A stretch of DNA of 64,000 nt. It comes from Nitrospirota bacterium (lineage in GTDB: Bacteria > Nitrospirota > UBA9217). The translations under genes and the position numbers were made by a program. The notes under the pieces were generated by a model that saw nothing but the letters and a program-made list of their open reading frames with translations, searched no databases and had not been told where the DNA came from. Below are positions 19,978-30,810 of this stretch, in pieces (position 1 is the stretch's first letter; each line of letters starts with the position of its first letter). The stretch spans positions 1 to 64,000 of the forward strand of contig CAVWHO010000014.1 in NCBI GenBank assembly GCA_963754875.1, read 5' to 3'.

Positions 19978-20931
19978 TCAGACACTCAGGTGATGGAGGT
20001 AGTCCGCGTCGATCCGGATTGCCTGCATGGTCGGAAGATCCGGAAACTCTTCCTGTTCCACGAAGTAATGACGGACGTGCCCGGCTTTTTTGGCAGCCGC
20101 GAAGATGGGTTTGTAATCGATCTTTCCGCGTCCCAGTTCGATGGAACTGCCCTTGGGATGAAAGGGGGTGTACTGTGGCGGGGAGATGACCGTCTCATCC
20201 TTGACGTGCAGCATGGAGAAGCGGGTGGGGTACTTTTCCAGGAAGGTGATCGGGTTCAGACCGGCCACTTCCACCCAGCCGCAATCCATCTCGAGCGTGA
20301 CCAGCTTCGGGTCGGTCCGCTGCAGAATCACGTCGTAGCCGGTGGTGTTGCCGAATGTGCGGAACTCCAGATCGTGGTTGTGATAGCCAAACTGGATGCC
20401 GGCCTTGCGCGTCTGTTCGCCGATTTTGTTGAACTGTTCGGCGTTCCACTTCCAGTCGTCCAGGGTGATGCTGTTGATGAAGTGGTTGATCGACGCCATG
20501 AAATTGCCCTTGGTGGGCTTGAGGCGGGAAGGGTCGGCGACGCCCGGGAAGGGGCAGATCATGTAGTTCAGCCCGAGCTGGTGGGCAAACTCGATCTCCT
20601 TCTGCAGGCTGTCACCGTGCAGTTGCTGCATGGAGTAATGCGCGCTCGGGCAGCGCAGGCCCGCCGACTGCAGTGCCTGCTTGACCTGCTGCGCGGTGTG
20701 TTTATAGTAGCCGGCGGCTTCGACTTCCGTATAGCCGGCGGCGGCGACTTGGCGCAGGGTGCCATCAAAGTCTTTGGCCAGTTGTTCGCGAACGGTAAAC
20801 AGTTGAATACCGACCGGCAGGCCGAGCGGATCGGCGAGCGCGGCGATCGGCAGCATTCCACACATACCGGCGAGTGCGGCTGCACCCATGGCGCCGGTGC
20901 GCAGGAATCTGCGCCGTGACATCTGCATCAT
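19978..20931 (-). CDS. Tat-exported sugar phosphate isomerase/epimerase (xylose-isomerase-like TIM barrel)
   Basis: SRRRFL Tat motif; YHNH, EMDCGW, HVKD and FVEQE. Confidence 0.9.
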   Translation of the reverse strand: MMQMSRRRFLRTGAMGAAALAGMCGMLPIAALADPLGLPVGIQLFTVREQLAKDFDGTLRQVAAAGYTEVEAAGYYKHTAQQVKQALQSAGLRCPSAHYSMQQLHGDSLQKEIEFAHQLGLNYMICPFPGVADPSRLKPTKGNFMASINHFINSITLDDWKWNAEQFNKIGEQTRKAGIQFGYHNHDLEFRTFGNTTGYDVILQRTDPKLVTLEMDCGWVEVAGLNPITFLEKYPTRFSMLHVKDETVISPPQYTPFHPKGSSIELGRGKIDYKPIFAAAKKAGHVRHYFVEQEEFPDLPTMQAIRIDADYLHHLSV

Positions 20932-21502
20932 GTATCCCTCCCAGTCGCATTGTGGGCTGATTGAAACGATTGAATGCGATGCAGGGTGCCATCCCACACA
21001 CTTGACGCCCGATACATCTCGTTGGAACCCTACCGCTTGCCGGATTCGGTGTCAAGATCGCGGCAACTTGGAGGTGCCACGAGCAGAGCGGGCACCCGTT
21101 GCCGGCATACCTGTCCCGGCTTGCCGGGATCGATGCTGGACCGCAGCGACCAACGGGGCGGCCAGCAAGTCCGGTGCGGTCGTACCGCATCGCGGCCGTA
21201 TGTCTCCGTCCCAGGACGTTCGTCCTGGCCCCGGGTGAACACGGCGCTGGAAGTCATCCTGGCGAAGGGCGAGCGGGCGGTCTCGGCGCGAGTGAGAGCA
21301 TTCTCCGATCAAGTTGGTGATCGCGGCGAGTTCGGGCTGTTTGTGCTGCCCCATCCCGGTAAACCGGGATCTTCGTCCCTGCGGCTTCGGGCTGGGTGCG
21401 GTAGAGATACAGCCAGAAGGTCACTCTGCGATGGTGTTTTCCGGGCCCCTGCTCAAGGCTGTGCGGTCCGTCCGCCGGGGTTGCCGGGTGTCCCGCCCGT
21501 GA

Positions 21503-24016
21503 TCAGTCGTTTTTGCGCCGGCGGATTTTGCGGGGCCGGGCCGGCACTTCTTCCTCCGGCACTGGAACGAAATGGATGCGGTTCAGGACTGGATCGATGC
21601 GGTCCATCATCACCCGGATGTGGTCGCCGATGCGGAAACGGCGGCCGCTGTGGGCTCCGACCAGGGCGTGGTCGGCTTCCTGAAAGCGGTAGCGGTCGTC
21701 GTCCAACGCGTCCACCGGCACGAAGCCGTCGATGAACAGGTCGATCAGTTCGAGGTGAAAGCCGTTGCGGGTGACGTGCAGAACCAGAGCGGGGAACTCT
21801 TCGCCCATGCGCGTCTCCATAAAGCGCACCTTTTTCCAGGCGAGCAGTTCGCGTTCGGCATCTTCGGCGCGGCGTTCGGCCTCGCTGGCTTCACGGGTGA
21901 GGCGCTGAATGGTCTCGATGGCGAGCAGGCCGTCGGCCTCGGTGAGTCCGAAGGCAGAGGGTTCGTTCGGGCTCTTTTTGCTCTTCCGCTTCCCGCTGGC
22001 CGGCGTGGCGGGCGGGGCTGCCGGCCGGCCGGCGACGCCGGCGGCCAGGACGGCCTTCAGAATGCGGTGCAGCATCAGGTCGGGATAGCGCCGGATCGGC
22101 GAGGTGAAGTGGGTGTAACAGTCGGTCGCCAGGGCGAAATGGCCGGCGTTGTGGCCATCATAGCGCGCCTGCTTCAGCGACCGCAGCATCAGGTAGGAGA
22201 GGATGCGCTCTTCGGGCTTGCCGGCGATTTTGGCGGTCAGGCGCTGGTAGTGGCGCGGGCTGATCTGCAACTCCTCCACCATGGGAACGTCGAAGCTGCG
22301 CAGGCGCCCGGCGATGCGTTGCTGCACGCTGCGAACCGGAATTGGGCCAACCCCGAGCGAATAGCCGAAGCTGGCGGCCACCTGCTCGAACTCCAGCACC
22401 TTTTTCGGGTCGGGTTTTTCGTGAATGCGATAGACCGACGGCACGCCCAGGTTTTCCATGTGACGCGCCACCGTTTCGGCCGCCGCCAGCATGAACTCCT
22501 CGATGATGCGATGGGCGATGTTGCGCTCCGACTTGACGATGGAATTCATCAGGCCCAACTCGTCGAAGGCGATGGAGGCCTCCGGCAGATCGAAATCAAT
22601 GGATCCGCGGCGATCCCGGCGGCGGTTGAGAATGCCCTGCAACTCCGCCATGCGCTCGAAGATGGGCGCCAGCAGGGCGAAGCGGTGGCGGGCCGATTCG
22701 TCGCCGCTGAGCACCGCGTTGACATCGGTATAGGTCATGCGTTCGGCGGAGCGGATGATGCCGGGCAGCAGCTGATAATCGGCCACCTCGCCTTCGGGCG
22801 TGATCTCCATCAGGCACGACATCACCAGCCGGTCTTCCCGCGGAACCAGGCTGCACAGGTCAGTGGACAGCTGAGACGGCAGCATGGGCACCGAGCGATC
22901 GGGGAAGTAGACCGAGGTGCCGCGCAGGCGGGCTTCGCGATCAATGGCCGAATCGGGCTGCACGTAATATGAGACGTCGGCGATATGTACCTGCAGTTCA
23001 AAGTTGCCATTCTCGCGCCGCGCCACGTAGACGGCATCGTCGAAGTCCTTGGCGGTTTCGCCGTCGATGGTGACGATGGGCAGATGGCGGAAGTCGCGAC
23101 GGCGGGCCAGCTCCTCGGCTGGAATGGTGGGCAGAATCGACTCGGCCTCGGCCAGCACCTCGGGCGGGAAGCGATGGGGCAGATGATGCTTGCGGATCAT
23201 GATTTCCACGTCGACGCCGAAATCGTCCCGATAGCCGAGCACCTCCATGACCTTGCCGCGCGCCTCGGTGGTGGGGGTTGGATAGTGGGTCATCTCGACG
23301 TCGACGATGGCGCCCTCGAGCGGATCCAGAAAGGCATCGCCGTACGGCCGGGGGCGGAGCAGCGCTTCGCGTTCGCGCAGCTCCCGTTCGCGTACGGTCA
23401 GCGCCTCCTTTCCCAGCACGCGATGAATCTCCAACTGCGACTGCCCTGGGGGGATTTCACTGCCGCGCGGAATGACGATGGGGGCGCGCAGGCGGTCGTC
23501 GATGGGCCGGACGAAATTGTGGCGGGGGCCAAAGTGAAATTCGCCCACCACGGTGGCGTGAGCGCGCCGAACGATGCGCAGGACCTTGCCTTCGGCCCGT
23601 CCTTCGACGGCTTTTTTGAGGATTTTGACTTCGACGGTGTCGCCGTGCATGGCCGAGCCAACGAAAGGCGGGGCGATAAAGATGTCGCCGGAGATGCCTT
23701 TACGCTCCACCTCGGGAAGGACAAAAGCGAAGCCGTCCCGGTGAATGCTGATGCGTCCCACCAGGTCCCCCGTGGTGATCTCGCCGGCGGGCCGGCGGGC
23801 TGGCGTGGCGGCTGCCGGCCGGGGCTGGGGTGGCAGTTCGAAATAGTGCCGGGTTTCCATCAGGCGGCGAGCCCGCACCATGTGCAGCAGCAGTGCCTTC
23901 AGCTCCTGGCGTTGTCCGCCGCGAAGGTTCAGTTCGCGCAGCAGCTGTTTGAAGCTTGCCCGCCGGTGTGGCAGGGTTTCGATGTGGGCCAGCAGAAGTT
24001 GTTCGGTGAGTGCCAC
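21503..24016 (-). CDS. rnr: Ribonuclease R
   Basis: TIDGETAKDFDDA, YTHFTSPIRRYPD, cold-shock and S1 domains. Confidence 0.95.
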   Translation of the reverse strand: MALTEQLLLAHIETLPHRRASFKQLLRELNLRGGQRQELKALLLHMVRARRLMETRHYFELPPQPRPAAATPARRPAGEITTGDLVGRISIHRDGFAFVLPEVERKGISGDIFIAPPFVGSAMHGDTVEVKILKKAVEGRAEGKVLRIVRRAHATVVGEFHFGPRHNFVRPIDDRLRAPIVIPRGSEIPPGQSQLEIHRVLGKEALTVRERELREREALLRPRPYGDAFLDPLEGAIVDVEMTHYPTPTTEARGKVMEVLGYRDDFGVDVEIMIRKHHLPHRFPPEVLAEAESILPTIPAEELARRRDFRHLPIVTIDGETAKDFDDAVYVARRENGNFELQVHIADVSYYVQPDSAIDREARLRGTSVYFPDRSVPMLPSQLSTDLCSLVPREDRLVMSCLMEITPEGEVADYQLLPGIIRSAERMTYTDVNAVLSGDESARHRFALLAPIFERMAELQGILNRRRDRRGSIDFDLPEASIAFDELGLMNSIVKSERNIAHRIIEEFMLAAAETVARHMENLGVPSVYRIHEKPDPKKVLEFEQVAASFGYSLGVGPIPVRSVQQRIAGRLRSFDVPMVEELQISPRHYQRLTAKIAGKPEERILSYLMLRSLKQARYDGHNAGHFALATDCYTHFTSPIRRYPDLMLHRILKAVLAAGVAGRPAAPPATPASGKRKSKKSPNEPSAFGLTEADGLLAIETIQRLTREASEAERRAEDAERELLAWKKVRFMETRMGEEFPALVLHVTRNGFHLELIDLFIDGFVPVDALDDDRYRFQEADHALVGAHSGRRFRIGDHIRVMMDRIDPVLNRIHFVPVPEEEVPARPRKIRRRKND

Positions 24017-24108
24017 GGGCGATGCCTGCCAGACGGAGTCAGGAGGGCGGCGATCACGTGACGGCCGCGTCCCCTCGTCTTTGATGATAACGGGGATGGG
24101 AAGGAAAT

Positions 24109-24139
24109 GCGTGGAGCGTGGAGCGTGGAGCGTGGAGCG
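24109..24139 (+). repeat. (GCGTGGA)4 heptamer tandem repeat
   Basis: Read directly. Confidence 0.9.
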
Positions 24140-24235
24140 CAAAAAAGCACGCAGAGAGAAGCGAATGCCCGCTGCTACCGGGGACTTTGCGGGAATCCGC
24201 TGTTCTCTCTGCTGGATTCGCTGTGCTGGTTCCTC

Positions 24236-24712
24236 TCAGCCTTTGGCCAGCAGCACGACGGCGTGGGCAATGGCGGCATGCGAGGTGCCGATACCCTCGG
24301 GTGTCTTGGCTTTCAGCGAGACGCGGTCGATGGAAACATCGAGCAGGCGCGCCAGAGATGCGCGCAGTGGAGCGCGCAGCGGGTGCATGCGCGGCCGTTC
24401 GAGAATGACGGTGGCGTCCAGGTTGACCACCTGCCAGCCCTGCGCCTTGACCAGCGCGATCGCGTGGAGGACGAAGGCGGAGCTGGCGGCATCCTTCCAG
24501 CGTGGATCGGAGGACGGGAAGTGAGCGCCAATATCATCCAGGGCAAGTGCGCCCAACAGCGCGTCACAAACCGCGTGCAGCAGGACGTCGCCGTCGCTGT
24601 GGCCACCCAGTCCGGCCGTATGCTCCACCTGCAATCCCCCCAGCCAGAGCGGACGGCCCGAAACGAATTCATGGGAATCCCACCCATGGCCAATACGAAG
24701 GTCAGGAATCAC
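24236..24712 (-). CDS. ispF: 2-C-methyl-D-erythritol 2,4-cyclodiphosphate synthase
   Basis: RIGHGWDSH, GHSDGDVLLHA, DIGAHFP and KAKTPEG. Confidence 0.96.
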   Translation of the reverse strand: MIPDLRIGHGWDSHEFVSGRPLWLGGLQVEHTAGLGGHSDGDVLLHAVCDALLGALALDDIGAHFPSSDPRWKDAASSAFVLHAIALVKAQGWQVVNLDATVILERPRMHPLRAPLRASLARLLDVSIDRVSLKAKTPEGIGTSHAAIAHAVVLLAKG

Positions 24713-24851
24713 GGCGTCTTTTCCTTCTGATGGAGGAAGCCGGCATGCGTCGAAACCTGACCGGCGGGTTTCGGGAAGACGAATGGCGCCCGGCAGGGAC
24801 TGCGGCGGGCGCCATTCACTTGGTTCAGCCGGCATTTCGGCGGCCGGTGGT

Positions 24852-26261
24852 TCAGGGCAGGATTTTGGAGAAGATGGACTTCTTCTTGACGGTGGTCGGG
24901 TAGGGGACGTTCCGTTCCACTTCACTGGCCAGAATCCGTTGCTTTTCGCGCCGGTCGATCTCATCCGGCGTGAGCACCTTGGTGTCGTCCCGGATTTCGG
25001 GATTATCGGAGGTGACCACGGTAGGCTGGATGGCGTTGGGGTCGTTATTATTGCTGGCGACGGTGGCGTTGGGGGTATTGGTGATCGGGGTCAGGCCGCC
25101 CTGGGGCAGCGACTCAAGCTGCAACTGGCCCTCCACTCCGCCACTGCCAGCGGCTCCGGTGGAGCTGTCGGCGGAATCTGTCTGGTCATGCGCGATGGGC
25201 AGGTCGGGCCGGTCGGCGTTGGCTTCGGTAATCGGGTGCGGCCGCACCGGGGGAATGCCGACCCGGTCGGCGTCGGCCAGCTGCTTCAGCGGACGGCTGT
25301 GCAGCATGCCGGTCCAGCGGTCATAGCGGCCGAGTTTCTGGCGGCCTTCGATCTCCTTGCGGTTGAAGGCGATGGCCTGTGCCGTCGGAGTCGGAATCGG
25401 AGCGTGCAACTCCGCCAGTTCCTGCTTGGCCTGCTTGACGTCCGGGCTGAGCGGGTAGCGCTCGATCAGATGGGTCAGGTACATCTTCGCGGAGGCTTCG
25501 TCGCGCCGCTGATTCTGCTCGAACAGCTTTCTCAGCGTGGGATTCTTGTCATGATCGGCGGCCCAGGCATAGTGGGAGGAGGTGACCACATAGGAGTTCC
25601 CCAACATCGCCATGGCGTGATCGCCCTCGCTGTAGAGTGGATAGCGATTGACCACGTCTTTCAGCCGGCTCTGCGCCGCGCGGTACTGGTCGCGCAGGTA
25701 GTAGAACTCGCCGATTCGGAACTGACGGTCCGCCAGCACCTCCTGGACATCCCGCATCATCTGGATGGCCTTGGGCTTGAGCGGGCTGTCGGGATAGTTG
25801 GTCAGGAAGATCTTGAGTTCCTGCTCGGCCCGCTCCGCGTGAGTCGGATCGCGATCCGGCTTCTGCAGCTGTCGAAAGTGGATTTCGGCGACCTTCAGCT
25901 GGGCTTCGGAAGCCTCCTTCATGGTCGGAAAGAAGGTGATGAAGTCCTTGTACTCGGCCTCGGCCTGGGCCAGACCCTCCGTGCCGCCCTCGCGGTACCA
26001 GGAGTCCGCAATCGCCATTTTGGCGCGGGCCAGGTACTCGCTGTCGGGGTAGGCGTTGATCAGGGTCTGCAGGGTCAGACGCGCAACCGTGAATTTACCC
26101 TGATCGAGGTCCTTCATGGACCGGTCGAAGAGTTCTTTGTCCGGCTGGCTCGAGTGGACGCTTGCCAGCGGATTCGTATTCTTGTGGTGCCAGAACAGGC
26201 AGGCGGAGTTGGCACAAACCAGGACGGCTGCCAGAGGTACCAGAACCAGTGTACGTTTCAT
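24852..26261 (-). CDS. bamD: Outer membrane assembly lipoprotein BamD with long C-terminal extension
   Basis: Lipobox NSAC, TPR repeats, DRDPT and IGEFY motifs. Confidence 0.88.
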   Translation of the reverse strand: MKRTLVLVPLAAVLVCANSACLFWHHKNTNPLASVHSSQPDKELFDRSMKDLDQGKFTVARLTLQTLINAYPDSEYLARAKMAIADSWYREGGTEGLAQAEAEYKDFITFFPTMKEASEAQLKVAEIHFRQLQKPDRDPTHAERAEQELKIFLTNYPDSPLKPKAIQMMRDVQEVLADRQFRIGEFYYLRDQYRAAQSRLKDVVNRYPLYSEGDHAMAMLGNSYVVTSSHYAWAADHDKNPTLRKLFEQNQRRDEASAKMYLTHLIERYPLSPDVKQAKQELAELHAPIPTPTAQAIAFNRKEIEGRQKLGRYDRWTGMLHSRPLKQLADADRVGIPPVRPHPITEANADRPDLPIAHDQTDSADSSTGAAGSGGVEGQLQLESLPQGGLTPITNTPNATVASNNNDPNAIQPTVVTSDNPEIRDDTKVLTPDEIDRREKQRILASEVERNVPYPTTVKKKSIFSKILP

Positions 26262-26893
26262 CCCGACTCAGACCTTTATTCTCAATTGCTGGAAACCTTT
26301 GGACGAGATACGGGGCAGGGCGACCGATGGTTTCCTGCATCCTGCCGGATCGGTTTCGATCGCTGCATTTTTCCCGCACCGGATAGGGTGCACGGGCCAC
26401 TTCCCAGAGTGATCCTGTGCGCCTGTGTACGGTTCCCAGTCTTATTCGTTCCCGTTCAGTCCTGCTGCTGCAGTGCGGACGGATGAACTACGGGCGATGA
26501 TCATTCCCTGCACGATTCGCGGTCTCGATGATTCACCGCGAACGGAATCGGCGGGCAGAACTGGAACCCGGGCGAAGTAACGTGCCTGGACCGTTCTACC
26601 GTTGGATCCGCGGATGGCAGGGAATTCCGCCGTCCGCCAGGCAGAAGCTCAGCGTTCAGGCTGCTTCATCAGCGTATGGATGTCAAACGGAATCTCACTG
26701 ATGCCGCGGAGTTCCTCCCCTTCCCGGGATTTTTCCGGCCATCCGGGTCAGGGAAGAGCGGTCACTGCCGGCATCCTTCGCTTCCATTGCTTCCACGGGT
26801 GCTTCCATCCGTGCTTTCCTGCGGTGACCGGAGGGAACGACTGCGAAAACTCTTGTGCCGGACACCACCGGCATGGATTTTGATGCCATCAGT

Positions 26894-27421
26894 CTACCAT
26901 GCGGGCATTGTCCTCCACGACCAGGGAGGCGACGCCCACGCCATTCGGACGTGTGTCCGGCTCCCCAGCGAGGGGGTGGGGGCGCGCTGGCGGCCACGCA
27001 GGTGATACCAGCTTTGCAGCAGGACCATGGCGACCGTGGCGGCCAGTCCATCCAGCAGCACGTCGTGCACGGCCGGTCCCCGTCCTGGCACGAAAATCTG
27101 GTGAATCTCGTCGCTGCAGGAGTACAGCAGGCTGAACACCACCGAGCGGACCGCCAGGTGCGCGTGGAACCCCGGCGCGTGGCGCGCGCTCAACCCCCGG
27201 TAGGTCAGCAGGGAGAGCAACCCATAGACCAGAATATGCGCCAGCTTTCGGAAGGGAATGGCCAGCTCCGCTATGTGCTGAGGCGTTCTGGCGTGAAACA
27301 GGGTCAGGATCAGGGCAAGAATCGCGTCGCTGTGCTGTCCCGAGAAGCGGTCCTGCGACAGGGCAAAAATTGCCGCACACAATAAAGCAACAGGAATCCA
27401 GAACGCGAGACGTTTCTTCAT
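26894..27421 (-). CDS. VanZ family membrane protein
   Basis: RKLAHILVYG and SDEIHQIFVPGR..DVLLD. Confidence 0.88.
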   Translation of the reverse strand: MKKRLAFWIPVALLCAAIFALSQDRFSGQHSDAILALILTLFHARTPQHIAELAIPFRKLAHILVYGLLSLLTYRGLSARHAPGFHAHLAVRSVVFSLLYSCSDEIHQIFVPGRGPAVHDVLLDGLAATVAMVLLQSWYHLRGRQRAPTPSLGSRTHVRMAWASPPWSWRTMPAW

Positions 27422-27720
27422 GGGAACAGCAATCTCTCCGGAAGAAGCCAGCGCAGACTCCGCGGAGTGGAAAAATCTGAATTTAATTGTAGCCGATTTT
27501 GCTGATCGGGCTCTGTCCGGGATGGCCCCCACCGTGGTCCAGCCCGGAATTCCGTTGGGGCGGCCGTCCAGGGCATTTCGAAGGCACTGCGGAAGGCCAC
27601 CGGAAGGCGCGCGTCCTGACGGCCGATGCCCTCCTGCGGTGGGTGGCCATCTGGTGAGATAGGATGCCGTATGCTAGTGCCGTGCATCTTCCTTCCAATG
27701 CGAGCCAGCGGGACGACGGA

Positions 27721-28929
27721 ATGAACGGCGTTGCCCGGCGATTACTGACCCATCCCGACCTGCAGGCGGCTTTGGCTGCGTTTGCGGCCATGGAACCGTG
27801 GCTGCAGAAACAGCAGGTGGAATTGACGGCGGTGGCCGCTCCGACCGGTTTGGAAGGCCTGCGGGCGGAGTGGATGTTCCGCCAGATGAAGGAACTGGGC
27901 CTGAAGTCCGTCGATGTGGACGAAGCCGGCAATGTGGTGGGCTATCGGCCGGGACTGGTGGAGGAGGGGCCGGTGCTGGCGGTGAGCGCTCATTTGGATA
28001 CCGTTTTTCCCGCCCGGACGCCGCTTCAACCCCGGTTTGCCAAGGGCCTGATCCTGGCCCCCGGAATCTCCGATAACGGGGCCGGGTTAGCCGCCCTGCT
28101 GGGACTGTTGCGCGGCCTCCAGGAAGGGCGTGTGAAAACCCGTTGTCCAGTACTGCTGGTGGCGAATGTGGGCGAAGAAGGCGAAGGCGACCTGAAGGGC
28201 ATCCGTTATCTGTTTGGGCAGAGCCCATGGAAAGACCGCATTGCCTGGACGGTGGTGCTGGATGGCCCCGGCGTGGAGCACGTGACGGTGCAGGGGCTGG
28301 GCAGCCGCCGGCTGAAACTGTCCTTCCGCGGGCCGGGTGGCCACAGCTGGTCGGAGGCCGGAACGGCCAGCGCCATTCACGGTCTGGTGCGCGCCTGCCA
28401 GGCCATGCTGGCGCAGGTGCAGCCCGAGCCCGGCGAGTCGAGTTTCAATCTGGGTGTGATTGAAGGCGGATCCTCGATCAACAGCATCGCCGCCGAGGCC
28501 AGCGTCCGCATCGATCTGCGGGGCCACGAGTCCGAAACCCTGCAACGGCTGGCGGCGGCGGTGCGCCGGGCCGCCGCGCAGGGCGTCGAAGAAGAAAACC
28601 AGGCCGCGATGAGCGGTGCGGTCGAGGCGCGGCTGCAGGTCATCGGCGACCGGCCCGCCGGAGCCTTGCCGTTCGGCTCCGAACTTTACCGGGCGATCCT
28701 GGACGTGGATCGCAGCCTGGGCATTGTCTCCCACACCGGCAGCGCGTCCACCGATGCCAACCTGCCGCTCTCGCTCGGCCATCAGGCGATTCGCATTGGC
28801 GGCGGGGGCCGCGGCGGCGGCGCGCATACGCTGGAAGAGTGGTTTGATCCGGCGGGCCGCGAACTGGGTCTGCGTCGCCTGCTGTTGCTGGTGCTGTCGC
28901 TGGCCGGGTATGCTGACCTGGATGAGTGA
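27721..28929 (+). CDS. M20/M25/M40 family metallohydrolase
   Basis: SAHLDTV, SDNGAG, GEEGEG, STDAN and AHTLEEW. Confidence 0.9.
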   Translation: MNGVARRLLTHPDLQAALAAFAAMEPWLQKQQVELTAVAAPTGLEGLRAEWMFRQMKELGLKSVDVDEAGNVVGYRPGLVEEGPVLAVSAHLDTVFPARTPLQPRFAKGLILAPGISDNGAGLAALLGLLRGLQEGRVKTRCPVLLVANVGEEGEGDLKGIRYLFGQSPWKDRIAWTVVLDGPGVEHVTVQGLGSRRLKLSFRGPGGHSWSEAGTASAIHGLVRACQAMLAQVQPEPGESSFNLGVIEGGSSINSIAAEASVRIDLRGHESETLQRLAAAVRRAAAQGVEEENQAAMSGAVEARLQVIGDRPAGALPFGSELYRAILDVDRSLGIVSHTGSASTDANLPLSLGHQAIRIGGGGRGGGAHTLEEWFDPAGRELGLRRLLLLVLSLAGYADLDE

Positions 28930-28954
28930 GTGCCACTCAACCCGGAGGACGCCC

Positions 28955-30734
28955 ATGAACGGGGCAGTGAAACAGGAAGTCCGGCCGCGCCGGAGGGTGC
29001 CGATGCTGGTTCGAGAACTGGTTCTGCTGTTGGGCCTGTGCGCCGCCGGAATGGCGTGGACGGCGCCGGCTCCGGGCGCGCCGCCAGCGCCGGACGTGGT
29101 TTACCTCCACGGCTCGCTGGCCACCATGGACCATAGCCAGCCCTTCGCCGAAGCCATGGCGGTGCAGGGCGACCGCATTGTCGCGGTCGGCAGCGATGCC
29201 AAAATCGCCGCTCTGGCCTCGCCGAAGACGCGCACGGTCGATCTGCAGGGCGCCTTCGTCATGCCCGGCTTTAATGACGCGCACGTACATTTTGCCGGAG
29301 CCGGCAGCGAAAAGCTGCAGCTGAACCTGGTGGGAACGTCTTCGCTGGCGGAACTGCAGCAACGCCTGCGCCGCTATGCGCAAACCCAGCCGAAGGGCGC
29401 CTGGATCGTCGGCGACGGATGGGACCAGACGCTGTGGAAGCAGGCCGTGATTCCCACCCGCCAGGAGCTGGACGCGGCTTCCGACGGTCACCCGGCGATT
29501 CTTTCGCGCGTGGATGGCCATGCCGCCGTAGCCAATACCCGGGCGCTGCGGCTGGCCGGAATTACCGCTTCAACGCCGAACCCGCCCGGCGGAGAAATTG
29601 TTCGCGATGCCCACGGCGCCGCCACCGGCCTGCTGCTGGAAGGCGCGCAGGATCTGGTGACGCGCAAACTGCCGGCGCCCGACGACGCGCAGCGCCGCCG
29701 CATCCTCGAAGTCGCCATGCAGGATGCCGTGCGCCACGGCGTCACCTCGGCCCAGGACTTTTCTCCGTGGCCCTTCTTCCTGACCATGGAAGAGATGGAG
29801 AAGGACGGCTCGCTGCCCCTGCGCATCAGCGAATGGCTGCCCTTCCTGCTGCCTCTGGACCGGTTGAAGCAGATGCGCGCCCAGCATGACCTGCACGATC
29901 CCTGGCTGCACACCGGCATGCTGAAGGCGTTCATGGATGGCAGCCTGGGGTCGCGCACGGCGGCACTGCTGGCGCCGTACTCGGATGCTCCCGGCACCAG
30001 TGGGCTGCCCCAGTATCAGCAGGCCCGGTTGAACCGGATGGCGATTGCGCGCGCCCGCGCCGGCTTTCAACTCGGCTTCCACGCCATTGGCGACCGCGCC
30101 GTGCAGATGGCCCTGAACGCCTTCTCCGCCGCCGAGGCGGCGGCTGGCAATGCTCCCATGCCCATGATGGGCAGCATGGGCGAGAACAAGTTTGCCGGGC
30201 CCCGCTACCGCATCGAGCATTCCCAGGTGATTGCGCCCGCCGACCTCGACCGCTACCGCAAACTCGGCGTGATCGCCTCGGTGCAGCCCGGCCACCTGCT
30301 CGACGACATGCGCTGGGCCGAAGCCCGCCTGGGGCCCGAACGGGCGGCGCGCGAGTCGTATCTGTGGCGCTCGCTGATCAACCACGGCGTGCCGCTGGCC
30401 CTGGGCACCGATGACCCGGTCATCCCCATCTCTCCGTTCCGCAACATCTATGCCGCGGTGACGCGCCAGTCGCTCGACGGCAAACAAAACTATCTTTCAC
30501 CCCGCGAAAAGCTCAACCGCGAACAGGCGCTCTACGCGCTATACCATGGGGTCGGCCATGGCGGAGTTCGAAGAAGACAGAAAAGGCTCGCTGACCCCCG
30601 GTAAACTGGCCGACTTCGTGGTGCTGTCACAGAACCTGTTTACCTGCACGCCGCAGGAGATTCTGCAGACCAGGGTGGAGCTGACCGTGATCGGCGGAAA
30701 GGTGAAGTACCGGGCGGCGGACCGGAAAAGGTAG
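28955..30734 (+). CDS. Amidohydrolase 3 (YtcJ-like), frameshift near 30540
   Basis: PGFNDAHVH, DGSLGSRTA, HAIGDRA, RIEH, GTD and GKLADFVVL. Confidence 0.9.
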
Positions 30735-30810
30735 AGATATCCTTAGTTTCACCGAGTGAGTCACCGGTTCAGCCTGTTTGCTTTTAGGGGGTCGCCTGGC
30801 GCCGCGGCCC

